The position numbers and the translations under genes were made by a program. From Eutreptiella sp. 'Long Island Sound 2002' (taxonomy: Eukaryota; Protista; Euglenida), in contig OZ038378.1 in the NCBI GenBank assembly GCA_964036045.1, positions 195,114,001 to 195,178,000 on the forward strand: DNA of 64,000 nucleotides, given 5' to 3'. Shown here piece by piece: positions 46,374 to 59,057 of the stretch (positions are counted from its first letter, which is position 1; every line of letters begins with the position of its first letter). The notes beneath the pieces are model-generated. The model did no database searches, was not told the origin of the DNA, and was given only the letters and a program-made list of their open reading frames with translations.

Positions 46374-49199
46374 CTTTGGAAATGGAGCACAGAGTTGCAA
46401 AGCAGCAATGGCCATCCCGGGCCGCAAGAACAAGTGGAGACCCTTCGATTGCAGCAATGCACTGTGCATTGTGGGGTGGATCTACTTGATACTGTGGTGA
46501 ACATGAGCCTTTCAAAGTCCCAGACACGAAGGCGTTAGGGTCACAGTGGGGCTGACAACAGCATGACGGGAGGTGCATTGATGCGTGCCAGAATTTTCTG
46601 GGGTGATGGGAAAAAGGTTTGCGGGAGGGGGGGGGGGGGCTGCCGGTCGTTCAGGCCCATTTTCCAGACCTCTCCCGCCCCCCGGGTATGGCTCCCGTGA
46701 CAGGAGCCCCAGACGGGCCCACATGGGGGGAGGAGGTCCGGGGTACTGCAACATATGTGCCTCAAAATGATCGCCACAACGCGCTGGTCATTTTGAGGCA
46801 TATATCATGGGGAAATTCTTTCAGGAATTTTTTTCCCTGGGGCCGCTTTGCGGCCCGATTTCTGAGGCAGGGTTGGTCCTCAGACCGCCAGTTTAGAAGG
46901 GCTCTGTCATGGGAGCCCCTTTCCGTGAAACCCCGCCGCCGCCCGGGGGGTAAGGGGGTCGAACGAGCCCCCGCAAACCTTTTTCCTACCCCCCTGTTTA
47001 GTTTTGGTGCGTGGTCAACAGTTATTTAGGCCCCCACTTATGTGTAAGCAGAACGTTCACTTAAGTGGGAATTCATGTGTATGCCAACAAACAACCCCCC
47101 CCCCCAACACACACCACGGGGGTCAGCCCCCAGGAGAGAGAGTCAAGCAACCCCCCTTGCAACCCTCGCGCCTCCTCGTGTAACGTGCGCGCAATAGCGA
47201 CCAGTGGAGGGGTAGCAACTGTCTTCCATGCGCCTATGCTCACCGCTTGGAGCCATGACCTGCCGCTGCCCCGCAGCTGTGGGCACAGTGCGACCGACGA
47301 CACGTACACATATTTCACTGAGGCCTCTTTGTGTGCTGGTTGCTGTCCTGAAATTTGGGGCAGTGGGGAGCAATCGCCTTGAGACACGTTCCTACCCCTG
47401 TCTCTCCGGCTGCAGAAAATAGTGGCCACCCACTCTGCAAACGCACTCTGTCCCGAGCCCGGGAAAGGTTCCACAGCCACATGCCGGCTGTCCAACATCA
47501 GTCAGCTGCAAACAACAGCAGCCTTTTACACACTGCCACTCGCGCTTTGGGGGGCTGGGGGGCTCTGTAATGACAAGGAGAGTGTGGGGACACCTACGCA
47601 TTCTGCAGCAATGGCGTACTTCGTCGAGCCGTTGTTTCTGACACACTCGTCAGTTGAGCTTCAGCCATGTTGGAGTTTACACGAAAGAGCCCTGTATGCG
47701 GGCCCCCGTCGAGAGAAACTGAGCATGCAACTGAAGACGTTGGGAGGGGCGTTGTGCAGGCAGCAGATGATTTCGGAAGAGCATGCTTCTCCAACAGTTT
47801 TGCAGTGCTTTCCCATGTTTCCATCAGGCTTTCTCGTTTTGAAACGCAATGCCAAAATATGCAAAACCGGTGGATACTTAAGGGGCACATGCCAAAATGG
47901 GCGGGTACTTTAGAACACCATTCATTTGCAGGCCAACCCAACTGGACTCAAGTGTGTGCGGGGCCAGGGAATTGCATTCTTATTGACCCCAACCTCTGAA
48001 CTTCACAGCCACAAATTGACTCCATGCAAAGCGCGCATGACCCATCCGGTGCACAGTGGTGCACGACCGGCGTGCACCACCACTGTGCATCCAGCACAAC
48101 TGAGCACGACCATTGTGCACCACCATCGAACCAGAGTCCACAATGCTGTACAACCGTGTGATGCAGGACCAGTACACCATCATGCACCCGGTGCACCATA
48201 GTTCATGACCGTTGTGCACAACCAATATGCCATTGTGCACCCTGTCCCCAGATCCTTGATACCACCTGAGGTCGTATTCGCACCATGCTCGCACTGTGCA
48301 GAGTGGTTGGGTAATTACCCCAGCAAAAGGGTCCACATTGGAAGGTCCTGCAAAGGCTGGAGGGTGTAGCTTGGTGGCTGGCTATTACTTCCTAGGCGGG
48401 CGGAAAATTGGACCGTGAGGGGGGAGGGCCGTATGAGCCCTCCCAACCCCAGGGCGGGGGGGGTAACGAACGGGCTCTTCTGTCCGCTGAGTTTGTGACA
48501 CCTTCTGGGGAGGGTGGGGTTGCTCTTTTTGTGCCAAATGTGCCGGCCACCAAGAGCGTTGTGGACTGGCATGATACCCCCGCCGATGGTTGAGCGGATA
48601 GTAGGCATGTGGCATGGGGTGTGCAACATGCCAGAGAACGGTAGTCGAAACAACACTTGATGTGCTTTTCCGGTTGGCTTCAACCTCCTTTTTTTTTTTG
48701 ATGGTCCAAAAATGGGAAGGGGGGAAAAGAAAAAACTGATGACCGGGGACGCCCAGCTCCTCATCAGGAGTCGCAATGCTCATCCCCCTTATAAAGCGGG
48801 CTAAGCGCAAGGCCCCTTCTTAGGTTAACACACACAGACTCTGAGTAAGCTTGATTTTCCATTACATGACGATGGGAGGCCTTGGTGGGGCACTGTCACT
48901 AAGAACAGCCGGAAATGACTGGGGACCAATGTGTCCTTAGACATAAATACCACTACCAATGCCATGTTTGCTGAAATTGGCACCCCAACAGAAAAGTCCC
49001 CCTCCCCCCCCTCGCAGTGAAATCCCCCCCCCCCCCCGCCCTAGATACTGCTTGCTGGATGGTTCATGGTAATACCTAGTGCCTTTTGGATGCTTTGGGG
49101 TACTTCCTCGTGGTTATTTGCTGGTATTCGCTGGTGGTGTCGGATGTGTGCTGGTAGTTCTGGTAGTTCCTGGTGGTGTCTGTGGTTTGTTGGTAATTC

Positions 49200-51130
49200 T
49201 TATCAATAGACTGCACACGTGTAGTTCCATTCGATGTGCTGGTGCCCGTGGATGATGAACAACTTGGCCATTAACTTCATACTTGTGAACGCCACGAGCA
49301 GCCCACATTCAGATGCTGCTTGAACAATGGCTGCAACTTGGGCACCAGCAGAACTGGTGTACGCCACAGTCATACCACGGGGAGGCCAAGAAAGAGACAT
49401 TGGTGTGCAGGACAACAAACAGAACGTTGTATGCGCACAATTTGTGGCCTTTCGCCCTACCAACTGCATGCATTACCCTCTAAATTAACGGAACTGGTTC
49501 GTGCAACAACTCCGGTATACGCACTGTGCGCACACCGTGTCCGGCACTCCCCCCTTGACTCAACACCTGGATGAGCAGGATGCTGCACCAGGCAATTTGT
49601 CTCTTCTCGCTAAACATCCTAGATATGGCCAATGCACATCTTTCTAATGCGATCCCCTCACTCTCAAGCTGCCCCATTACTGTCCAGCAATCACACTGGC
49701 GTGTGCCTCATCCCCTTGCTCCATGCAGGGAAGCACCTGCCTAGATTTGTGCCTCTGCACATGGTGCTGCCTTTTTGTAGGCTCAACCAAAAGCAGCTGT
49801 GGGAATCGGTGCCTCCCGCTGCAGGCCACCACCATTTGAATGTTGCACATACACCCCTGAATTTCCTACATTGGCGCATTGATGGAGAGGGCATTCTCCT
49901 TGCGAGTGCCGTCAGGCCCTAGCTGAACAGGGTAAACACCGCTACACCACTGCCATTACATCTCTGCAACGCATGGTGTGCATGCTGTTACAGCTCCGCA
50001 AAACAGGGTTGTGCGCCATTACGCACCTCCGCAAAACAGGGCACTAGGGCAGTACTGCAACTTTGAGCACCGGATTGGCATTCCTTTTTACATTCACTGA
50101 AGAAAAGGGATTGAAAGGGGGGTATTGTGTTCTGCGTTGACCCACATATTTTGGGGGATAAAATTGTGTATGCTGTACAATAAGGGTCACATTTCTTGTG
50201 CAATTTGAAATGGGGCATCGGCAGTGGTTGTGTTGGCAGTGGGTTGTGTTGTGTGCTTTGCAAGAATGGTTGTGGGGGCTGATTTGGTAGGTATGCCAGC
50301 AATTTTGTAGTTTGCCTCGAGGCTTCTGTAGGATATGGTAAATCTAAGGCCAAAAGTGGCAAGTGTGTGGGGTAATTGGACCAAGAGGCATTGCCATTAA
50401 TTCACCCTCACAAAAGCATTTCAGAATGTGTGCACATTGATACAATCGAAGACTCAGGACAATGAGCAAAACTGCCTGTGAGACGCGGGCATTCAGTGAA
50501 CAAATTTCCATTCCGCGTCTTCTGCCAGTTCACTCTCACGCACAATATCCCACGATGTTGCTAGGGCTGGGGTTCATAGTGCCATTCCTGGTTTGCAAGA
50601 ATATGGATGAGGCGGGTACAGAACACGATATACGTCAAGCGGACAAGCTGGAACAAACTGCTGGGTTGCACAGAACAATGCAGCCCAAAGATTTGAGTAA
50701 GAGGGCATATGAACCGACATCCAAATCGCTATTAAGCCTCATCCTCAACACCAAAGCAGCTCGTGCGTGCAGCTCAAACGATACTGCACCATTCTCGTGT
50801 CGCGAAATACCTCTGTTTGGCGCAGAGGGCGTCAAATGGATTCACAGTGACCTCCTGGGCAGGGCACCAAGTGAGACTAAAATAGACATCGCCCTCGTTG
50901 GTACCAGTTTAGGTGCAGGGAGTGCACATGGCGTCAGCATCAAAACAGTTGGGGCTCAGGTTTCCCGAGCTGTTGTTTAAGGTTGTGTCACCCCACTCAG
51001 TGTACAGGGTTGCATCTTCTGGGAAGAAGCAGCAGCGTGCATGCAGTAGCAAGCGGCATGGGTTGAAGAACAGGTACGTAAAAAGGTGAGCACAGAAGTT
51101 GTGGATACAATTGGACTGGGTGACTCGCCA
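49200..51130 (-). pseudogene. Heavily decayed LINE-type RT (possibly followed by RNase H)
   Basis: CAHLFTYLFFNP (LSPxLF-like), CFFPEDATLY (FADD-like), LTWCPAQEVTVNP (motif 6-like) in one frame at 51100-50450; IHGHQHIEWN near 49240. Confidence 0.35.
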
Positions 51131-52290
51131 CGCCCCTGCCTCACTCCCAGAAGGCTGGGCGGTGTAGCTGACTCCCTCTCCCCTCAATTCAGGCTCAGGC
51201 TCCATACTCGGGCTCCAGGACTCACGGACTGTCAGCCCGGGCACAGGACTGTGCAGCCACCTGACCTCTGGCACAGGGGGCGCACCCCACCAGCGACACC
51301 ACAGGGACAATGGCTGAAACTGCAACGCACCACTGCCGGGTAACACTTGGTCATCTGCAACCCCTGCCCCCTATCTTACATCCCCCCACATCATCTGTGG
51401 TAGTGAGCGCCCTCCAAATCTGCACGGTCTAGAAGAGACTAAAAGCTGTCAGCGCTGGCAGCGGATTGACACGGTGGGGGCAGTAGCTGCAATTTTTCAG
51501 CAGGACAGACAATCCGCTCTGACACGGGACCTCGATGAACCAGGTCACACAAAGGACACGCCACTGGACACCGGTAGTATTTCATGGTAACCTGAATGCC
51601 TTTGTGGACCCCCCTCCTTCAGCAGCGCGACAGCCACAGCCTCCTCACCCCTGCCCCTCCCCAGGTGGTATCCCGGCCTGGCAGGCTTTGCCCATTTTCT
51701 CCCAAGATTTCAGATGATGGAGATCGTTGTCAATCATCCTGACGCAGATTAGGCACAACGACGAGACTCTCACGCAGTTCTTCCGTCAGCCATCGGACTC
51801 TACACAAGCACACCGGAAATCAATCAATCGTGCATCATCCATCGATTGACAAATTGGTGTTGTTCTGCATGTCAACTGCCCCCAGGCCACAATTTTCCCT
51901 CTCAATGCATGGGTTACTCTTTGGAATCTTCCAGTCCTCTCCTCAGTCCCCGCTTCTGTTCTTGTGCCTATTCTCGCATCTTCTCGCCGGCGGCGCCCCG
52001 AAGTTCTACCTGACTGCGTTTGGATGTGTCTCCTACTATCCCCCCCCCCCCCCCGCGCGCCCGGCCACACGCCACACGCCAGCACAGCAGTTGGTTGCAT
52101 CCCCTACCGGAGGTGTACAGTGCTCCGGGTAGACCTACTGCATGCCCCCCTCTGTAAGACACAATGACAGCCCCCTTCCCACGTCACATACGCCCTGAAC
52201 CGCCACCCTGGCCACGTCACTGTTCTAACTAGAATGCACAGCAGCAGGGCGCTTCCACATGCATAATGCACAGCGACTTGCTGTGTGTGA

Positions 52291-52378
52291 TTCTGTGTGG
52301 CTCTGCTCTCTCTGTCTCTGTGTGGCTCTGTGTGGCTCTGCATGGCTCTGTTTAGCTCTGTGTGGCTCTGTGTGGCTC
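52291..52378. repeat. 10-bp minisatellite (CTCTGTGTGG)n
   Basis: About eight degenerate units. Confidence 0.9.
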
Positions 52379-52457
52379 CACCAGAAATCCGTGGCTGACT
52401 GGCCGAAATCTCTTCTACGGCCAAGGCAGAAATTCCATTCCCCGGTGCACGGACCCA

Positions 52458-53176
52458 CTACAACACAACGCTGTGCATTTCTCGCCACAAGAACGCCGGT
52501 GGTACATCCGCCCCCTCCGCACTGATGGTGCGCGGCCGCGGACTGTGCAGGTCCGGATTCTGTGGGCCCGGACCGGGACCGGGACCGCGACGGGGCACGA
52601 CAAAAGGGACGTACCCGGTGTGCGGTAGTGGCACAGCGGGGCCCGTGGCGTAGGGGGCGGGGGGGGGGACGTGGCGTGGGCTGATCGGCCGGGGCGACTG
52701 GTAGGGGGATGGGGGGCGGGGCGTGGGGCGCGGGCTGTGAGACTGCGGTGTGGCAGGCCCTGCGTGCGGCAGGGCAAACGGGTTTAGGGGGGGCATGGGG
52801 GCGCCAAGCCCGTCCTCCGTTGGAGACGGTGCGCCGAACGGGCCGCTGGGCTGGAGCTGCGGGTGGGGGCTCATGGAGCGAGGGGTCTGGGAGCGGGGCG
52901 GCGCTCCGTGGCGCAACGGGGCAGGGCTCAGGGGCTGGGGCGGGTACTGCCAAAACACCGGATGGACCACATGGGGAGGTCGCACTGTTGGTATGGGATA
53001 TGCGGTGCCTGCGGGAGGATAGGGGGCCCCCGGACGAGGGGGCAGGGGCCTCCCAAGGAGGGCGCTGTGATGCTTGTTGACGACGCATTGGACGACGGGG
53101 TGCAGTTCTGGAGGCATCAGGGCATTGAAAGGGATCTGCAAGAAGGTCGCAGGGGTGGCTGCTGCGTATCTGCACC
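52458..53176 (-). CDS. Proline-rich exon of an unknown gene
   Basis: Stop-free GC-rich frame YAAATPATFLQIPFNALMPPELHPVVQCVVNKHHSALLGRPLPPRPGAPYPP...; acceptor candidates at 53177 or 53170; overlapping ORFs in other frames reflect high GC. Confidence 0.45.
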
Positions 53177-56100
53177 CTAGGACTAGGAGCCAACATTTTG
53201 TTGCTTTACCCCCACTTGCCATAAACCAGCACATTTTGTGCAAGAGGAAGTGAAAGAATGAGAGGCGGTCGAGTGCAAAGGGGCGAAAAGACCCATAAAA
53301 CAAATCCATGCACCTTGCCACCTTACAAAGCGCTTCTCCAAATGACAGTTGCAGAACATGGTTGCGCATGCTTCATGCATGTCCTTACCCATATTCTGCC
53401 AATTTTTCAGATCAATCAGTCCGGCCAAGTAAAGGAGCGCTCAAGTGCAGCGGTTGTCACGGGGCACTTGGAGCCACAGCCTCCCGCAAAACTTGAGGCC
53501 TGGACTCGCACAATTTCCTTACATCCAGTGTAGTATGAATGTCTGAATAGACACCCAAACGGTATCAATCCCATTCCTTCTTAATGGTAATCCCCAAAGC
53601 CTCCTCCTGTTGTCGTGCCTTTTTAGTCAATACACCGCCCATATCGGAACACCATATCTGCTTACCCCTAAATTCCATGATACCCAGAAATTGTACCGCT
53701 CGGCTGCGCTAGAAGATATGGGAAAACTGAAAGGGGGGAGAAAACAATGGTAGCTCTACAAAACATCAAACAAACAAAAAAGCAACGGCAAAAGTAATCT
53801 ATATTTCCACGATTTTCCGTGATTTCCATGATTCTTAACTTGGGCCAATCTCCATGATTTCCGTGAGTTTCCGTGTCACAGATAAGGCAAGAACCGTGCA
53901 CAAAGCTGCCTTTTTCTTGCCCCATTCCTGACGGGCTCCAATGGACGCAAACGACCGTAGCAGGTCACAACAGAGCAAGCACTGGACACCAGTGCACTAC
54001 ACAATACCCAACCAGCCATGATGCAACACATTGCTCCACAGAACATGTCCATGATTCCAGGTTGTTTCTCTCGAGGGAGGCTTTGGGCAGCAGGTACAAC
54101 TGCAAGCGCTCAGTCGAGTCAGGTTAGACACGCCAGGCTGTCAGACAAACACTGCGGACGGAAAGCCTGTTCAAGTTGCACTGGTCGACTGGGGTTTTGT
54201 ATTCTTTGGCTGCTGCACAGGGATGTTTTTTGTGTGTGATGGCCAGGCTATAGCCACCCTCCCTCCCACCCTGGTACTGAATACAGAAGCAACAAAAGGA
54301 GTCGTGTTTCTGAAATTGACATACAAAACGTTCGTCTGCGTTCTCCACGGCTGCATGTGCATGCGGACAAATGCTCTCAACGCTGTGCGTGCGCCGCATC
54401 AGCTGTGCCCTCTGCAGGTGCAGCAGCAGGCGGCCACCAGCGCATGGACAGACGTACACACGTACACACCGGCTGCTTGCATGCCACAACCAGGGGCCTC
54501 TTAGTCCCTGGCAGATGCACATCCATTTGACTGCGAGTCTTCTGTCTCCACATGGGCCACTGCCTCACGATCGCCTCGTACTGCTGCAGGCATTCACTGT
54601 TGCTGAGTCCCAGCCTCCGCTTAAAAACACAGCCAGGGACCCCTGCAATCTGAAAGAATTCATAGGCAAACAGCCGTCATGGCAGATGGAGCCCTGCCGC
54701 GGAACGGTGCAGGGCATGGGAATACCCACACATGTGTTTGGGCGCAGAGATGGAGATGGTTGCGGAGAATCAGCGGCAGAGTATAGGGAGTTGGAGAGGC
54801 ACAGGGAAGGCGGCAAGATATGTCAGCACGGGAGAGTGGAGAGAGAAGATGGGCGCCAGCAAGCAGGCAAGCTGGAGCAGAGCAATGGCCCACATGGCAG
54901 AAGAGAACAGAGGATAACGGGCGAAGAAAGGGCAAATGGAAGGCACAACAGACGAGGAAATGGAGAGAGGATAGAGACAGGGCGGGAGGTGAAGGCAAAC
55001 GGCAAAGAGGAAGCGGGGAAAGGGTGTCAGCGGTGTCAACATGGGTGTCAACGTGGGTGTCAGCGGGTGTAAACATGCGTGTCGACTGAGTAGTTGTGGT
55101 AACACTGCACTGGTATTTGTGTTGAGAGCACATGGCCCCTGGTCATCCCGGGAATGCGGCCGTGTAGCGCCCCACGGGTCACTGGCACCAGGGTCACAAT
55201 GTGGATTGGTGGCGGCCCAGGGAGTCAGGGGGGGGCCAGAATTTTAGGGAGGTGTTCGGCTGAAGTTTGTTCTCACAAAAAGGTGCCGAAACCTGATTCA
55301 TCCATCTGCAGGTCCTTGCTAAGGCACATTTGCTGCTGTCTGCACCTCTTTGTTGATTGAGGCAATCATTTCTCCTGTGTGGGATTTCCCCTCTCCAAGC
55401 ACTGAGCACAGGCCTGATGTTAACCCCACACCCCCTGCGACATTCATAGAGAGTGCGGACTTCGATGCAATGGCCCAGTAGGCCCCCTTTTTTGAAAATA
55501 AAATGGCCAGTGGCAGTAACACCCTCCGTAGGTTTTCTGGAAACCAAAGATGATCTCAACCGGCAAACACGGGTAAGCACAATTGAATGCTTCACAACAA
55601 TCCCCAGAAATGGTGTCCCTGTTCAATGACGCATTTCGGCGCTAAGTCACACCCTCATCAAGTCTAAAGCAACAGAAATGTATAATGTCAAAGGAAAAAA
55701 TACCCAAGGTGCAGGAATTCACAACCAAAACAATGTGTGAATGGCAGCGCGGTCAAACCTATACAGGGGTTGAGGTTCAGAAGTGGAGGTTGGGAAAGCA
55801 AAGGAGCGTCAACCCAGGGACAAGCACAGCCTGGGCAAAGCTACAGCAGGCACACAGGGGGCGGTTCAGTTCAGTTCCGGACCCCAGCCCTGTGGCGCCG
55901 GCAGGGGAGTCCAGAAGGGCAGGGGGTTAAATATTTTTTCGGGTTTGGGGGGGCATTTTTGAATTCCCCATTTTGTTCTGAGCAAATGTATATATTTATC
56001 GAATATACACAAGTGGGGCACAATCTCCTTTTTCCATTCACCATCAATGAAAAATAGTACAGCATCCCGGTATACATACAAGTGAACCAGCAAAGGCATC

Positions 56101-56519
56101 CGGCAAGCAGTGTAAGACACATAGCGACATCAACGACTTCAACTTGATCCAACTGTGTCCGTCCCGTTGTTTGCAAGCAATCACGTGGCTGGCCACATCC
56201 CCCTTGGCCAATGGTAGCCATGTCACCCAAGGCCAAGGGGTCCCCAACCTAGAGGAAATCAGAAAGGCGCCATCACCCCAAGGCAGACTCAGGTCCCCCT
56301 TGTGCAGAGACATGAATATGGCCTCCTCACGGGCCCAGGGGGAATAGTTGCCCGGCGCGCTACCTTTGTATTAAGTATCCTGGCTCTAGCCCCAAGTTTG
56401 TCCTCACATAGGGAAGTCCCCCAAGTAGACTGCACTGGACTGCAAACCTTCCCTGCAAAGCACGTTGCATAAGCCGGAATATGAGAATTGAACAACACAA
56501 AATGTCACTCAGAATGTGA

Positions 56520-56880
56520 TTAACAAATAACATTATTCCCATAAGTGTGGGTGTCAATACATTCGCAACAATAGTGCTCCTTACACTCATCACAAACTGT
56601 GACGGTGGAGCGCTTGTGACAACACAACGCACACACTTCTACCTCATCCTCTTCCTCATCCTCCGTGGCGGCCGAGTTGCTCTCGTCCGTCCAAACATGA
56701 GGCGGAACATGGTCCCATGGTCCGTAAGGAGGGTGGCGGACCGGCCTCCAAATACAAAATTGAGAAAAATGCAACAATATAAGGACGAACTGGTGCAACT
56801 CATCGGGGCCGCCACGCCAAATGTTCCTGACCAAGCCCCAATGCCACACAAGCAAACAAGACGGCCTTGGGTTCCCCGAG
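56520..56880 (-). pseudogene. Harbinger-type transposase C-terminus with acidic tract and Cys-rich finger (paralogue of 1900-2460)
   Basis: WHWGLVRNIWRGGPDELHQFVLILLHFSQFCIWRPVRHPPYGPWDHVPPHVWTDESNSAATEDEEEDEVEVCALCCHKRSTVTVCDECKEHYCCEC; DNA aligns with ~1960-2190. Confidence 0.7.
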
Positions 56881-58094
56881 GGTACTTCCTCAACACTTGT
56901 CCCCAGAAGCATACGGTGTACGTACTTCAGCTTCCTTTGTCACCCAGTAGTTGGCTGCTTAACCCCTGCCGTCTTGGTGGCCCACATGTGGGCGGAATGG
57001 CCACATCACCCCTGCCTTCTGGGGGTCCCCAATAGAAGGGGACAAATTCAGAAGGATCTACATCACCCCTGAGTTCTTGGGGGCAGATAGTTTGGTGAGA
57101 AGGATGGGGGGGGGGGGGCAAAAACAAGCACAGGTGGGGAATGGTCTAAAAAAGTTGCCCAACGCACTAATACTCCCCCCCATAGTGGGAAACCCCTGCC
57201 TTCTCGGGGGCCCATGGTGGGGGAAAATCCATAACCCCAACACAACGGCTCCAAAACCCCAGGCCAAGGGGCCTCCATAATGGGGAGAACCGAAACATAT
57301 GAACTCACCATTCACGTTTGAGTGTTTTCAGTCTGGACACATGAAGTGAAACCAATTTCCTGACCCTTTCACCAAAGGCCAAAAAAATTTTCCAAGCGCC
57401 ATTGGCACCTAAGTTGGTTGTTCCCTATTGCCGCAAATTGGTGTGGGTTGGGGCGTCCAAAGGGGGGGGTGCTTGGAGTCTGGTCCGACCAAGCGTGAAT
57501 TAAACACTGGCCAAGAGGTTTTTGGCCAATGGCCAGTAGACTGTTTATTTCAATGTTTAATTTTGGTTTTTTTGTGTTTTTGTCAAAAAGTGTAAAAAAA
57601 AATGTTTTGACTGGTATTTACTTTCTTGTGTACATGGGCTTAGATCCATGCTTCTGGTGACCATCCATTGAGTGGTCCCATCTTTTGTGACCATATCTAC
57701 TTCTTCCTTGTTTCGTTCGCGCCTTCCTGTTCATCCTGCTTGCTTGGTGTTAATGCCTGCATACTTGTGCCAATCACCTGATACTTTTTGCAAGTTCATT
57801 TGCGCTTCCTATTTGCTTGAGGTTGTTTTCATCCAAATTGCCTTGAAATACACATTGCTTTGTCCGGTCACTACTAACTTAGCTGTAAAGTGATGGTTCA
57901 TTTTGTAAACAAACCACCACACTTTTTACGTTTTTTCTGCAAAAAGTGGAACAACGATGGAGCAGCTGACACTGTGTTTCCATGCGCCTTGCACATGGAA
58001 TACAAGCAATAAAGCAATTTGCAGATGTCACTTGCAGACTGGGTGTCAAACTGTGAGAGAAAGTGTGCGAGCTTAAAAGTACGGAGGCCATTCG

Positions 58095-59057
58095 CTACCT
58101 CAAAATCTCAGCACATGAAAAGCGGGAACGATAACTGGGGAGAATATGGCCCCCATTGAGCGCTACCGATTTAGGATTACCCTCCAGGTTAGTCATGGGC
58201 TGATAGGATTGCACAAGTCGATACACCGTGCGAAACAACCCCATGATCCCATCTTGTACCTCAGTTGGCAACGTACGAATCACCGAGGTGACACGGCCGG
58301 CAGTCTTCCACAAGGCAAAAGAGACGTAGTGGGTGCCCGATTTTCCATGTTCTACCAAAGAGAAGACCTTGAAATTTGAGGTACCTTGGACAAAGGGCAC
58401 AGAGCAGCCAATTTGTGCATGCGTGCGACAAGCCTTGCACCACATCAACACACAAACTGGGTCGTATCGCAGCCAAGGCCTCGTCCAGAGCCACTTTTGA
58501 TTGAATTTGCGCAGCTTCCGCACTGTAGCACTCCCACCGGAAGGGGATGCGGCACTACAAAGGGTGCAAACACCATTTGTGGTGCATTCACCATGCACCC
58601 GAAAGTTGCACTTTCGGCATTGCACCAAGTGGGCAGTTAGTGCACACCTGCAAGCCTGACACGTGCATGCGAAGCAGTGCACCTCGGTTCCAACACGGGC
58701 CATACAAGCCTCGTCGACAATTGCATTGCACCTAGTGCAAGAGTGTCTCACACCACAAATGTTTGCACCGCAACAAGCGCAACGCACAGCAATCAACCCG
58801 AACAATGCCAAGGTGGGTGTGGCTACCGGCTGCGGACACGCGGGCCTAGCGACAACCATGGACACTTGCTCCTTGAAGGTGAAGGAATAGCCGTCCCGGG
58901 TGGCGTCGTTTTTGGCAGCACGGGCGACTTGGGTGTGCTTGAGGTGCCGCAAAGACCCTCCCGCCTCGGAATGCAGGTAACGGAGGGCTCGGCAACACTG
59001 TGGAAGTGCATCCAAGCCGCACCCTCGGCCGCAACCGGGCCAAGTGGGTGCATCCAT
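58095..59057 (-). CDS. Cys-rich (PHD-like) fingers + TTF-type zinc finger, N-terminus of a ZNF862/hAT-like transposase
   Basis: 320-aa ORF: C-x2-C clusters (CACC..CTRC..CFAC.CQAC..CRKC...H.EC...CTLC), then RKFNQKWLWTRPWLRYD...MWCKACR...FVQGTSNFKVFSLVEHGKSGTH; catalytic domain absent after the stop. Confidence 0.7.
   Translation of the reverse strand: MDAPTWPGCGRGCGLDALPQCCRALRYLHSEAGGSLRHLKHTQVARAAKNDATRDGYSFTFKEQVSMVVARPACPQPVATPTLALFGLIAVRCACCGANICGVRHSCTRCNAIVDEACMARVGTEVHCFACTCQACRCALTAHLVQCRKCNFRVHGECTTNGVCTLCSAASPSGGSATVRKLRKFNQKWLWTRPWLRYDPVCVLMWCKACRTHAQIGCSVPFVQGTSNFKVFSLVEHGKSGTHYVSFALWKTAGRVTSVIRTLPTEVQDGIMGLFRTVYRLVQSYQPMTNLEGNPKSVALNGGHILPSYRSRFSCAEILR

Noticed and set aside
48735-48770. 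CTGATGA...TCATCAG hairpin
   Set aside because: Simple inverted repeat; no GAAA core, so not a hammerhead.
48836-48860. Spliced-leader RNA gene (actctgagt...)
   Set aside because: Only a short match; lacks the rest of a euglenid leader and any tandem array context.
52225-53196. Second long (323 aa) minus-strand ORF and plus-strand ORFs over the Pro-rich exon
   Set aside because: Alternative frames of very GC-rich sequence lacking stops by composition.
54124-54522. Minus-strand exon candidate RLLLHLQRAQLMRRTHSVES
   Set aside because: Splice sites are ambiguous and there is no recognisable motif.
58990-59057. Ulp1/C48 protease end (GCGLDAL resembling DCGxF)
   Set aside because: An in-frame stop lies just upstream and no His/Asp catalytic motifs were found.
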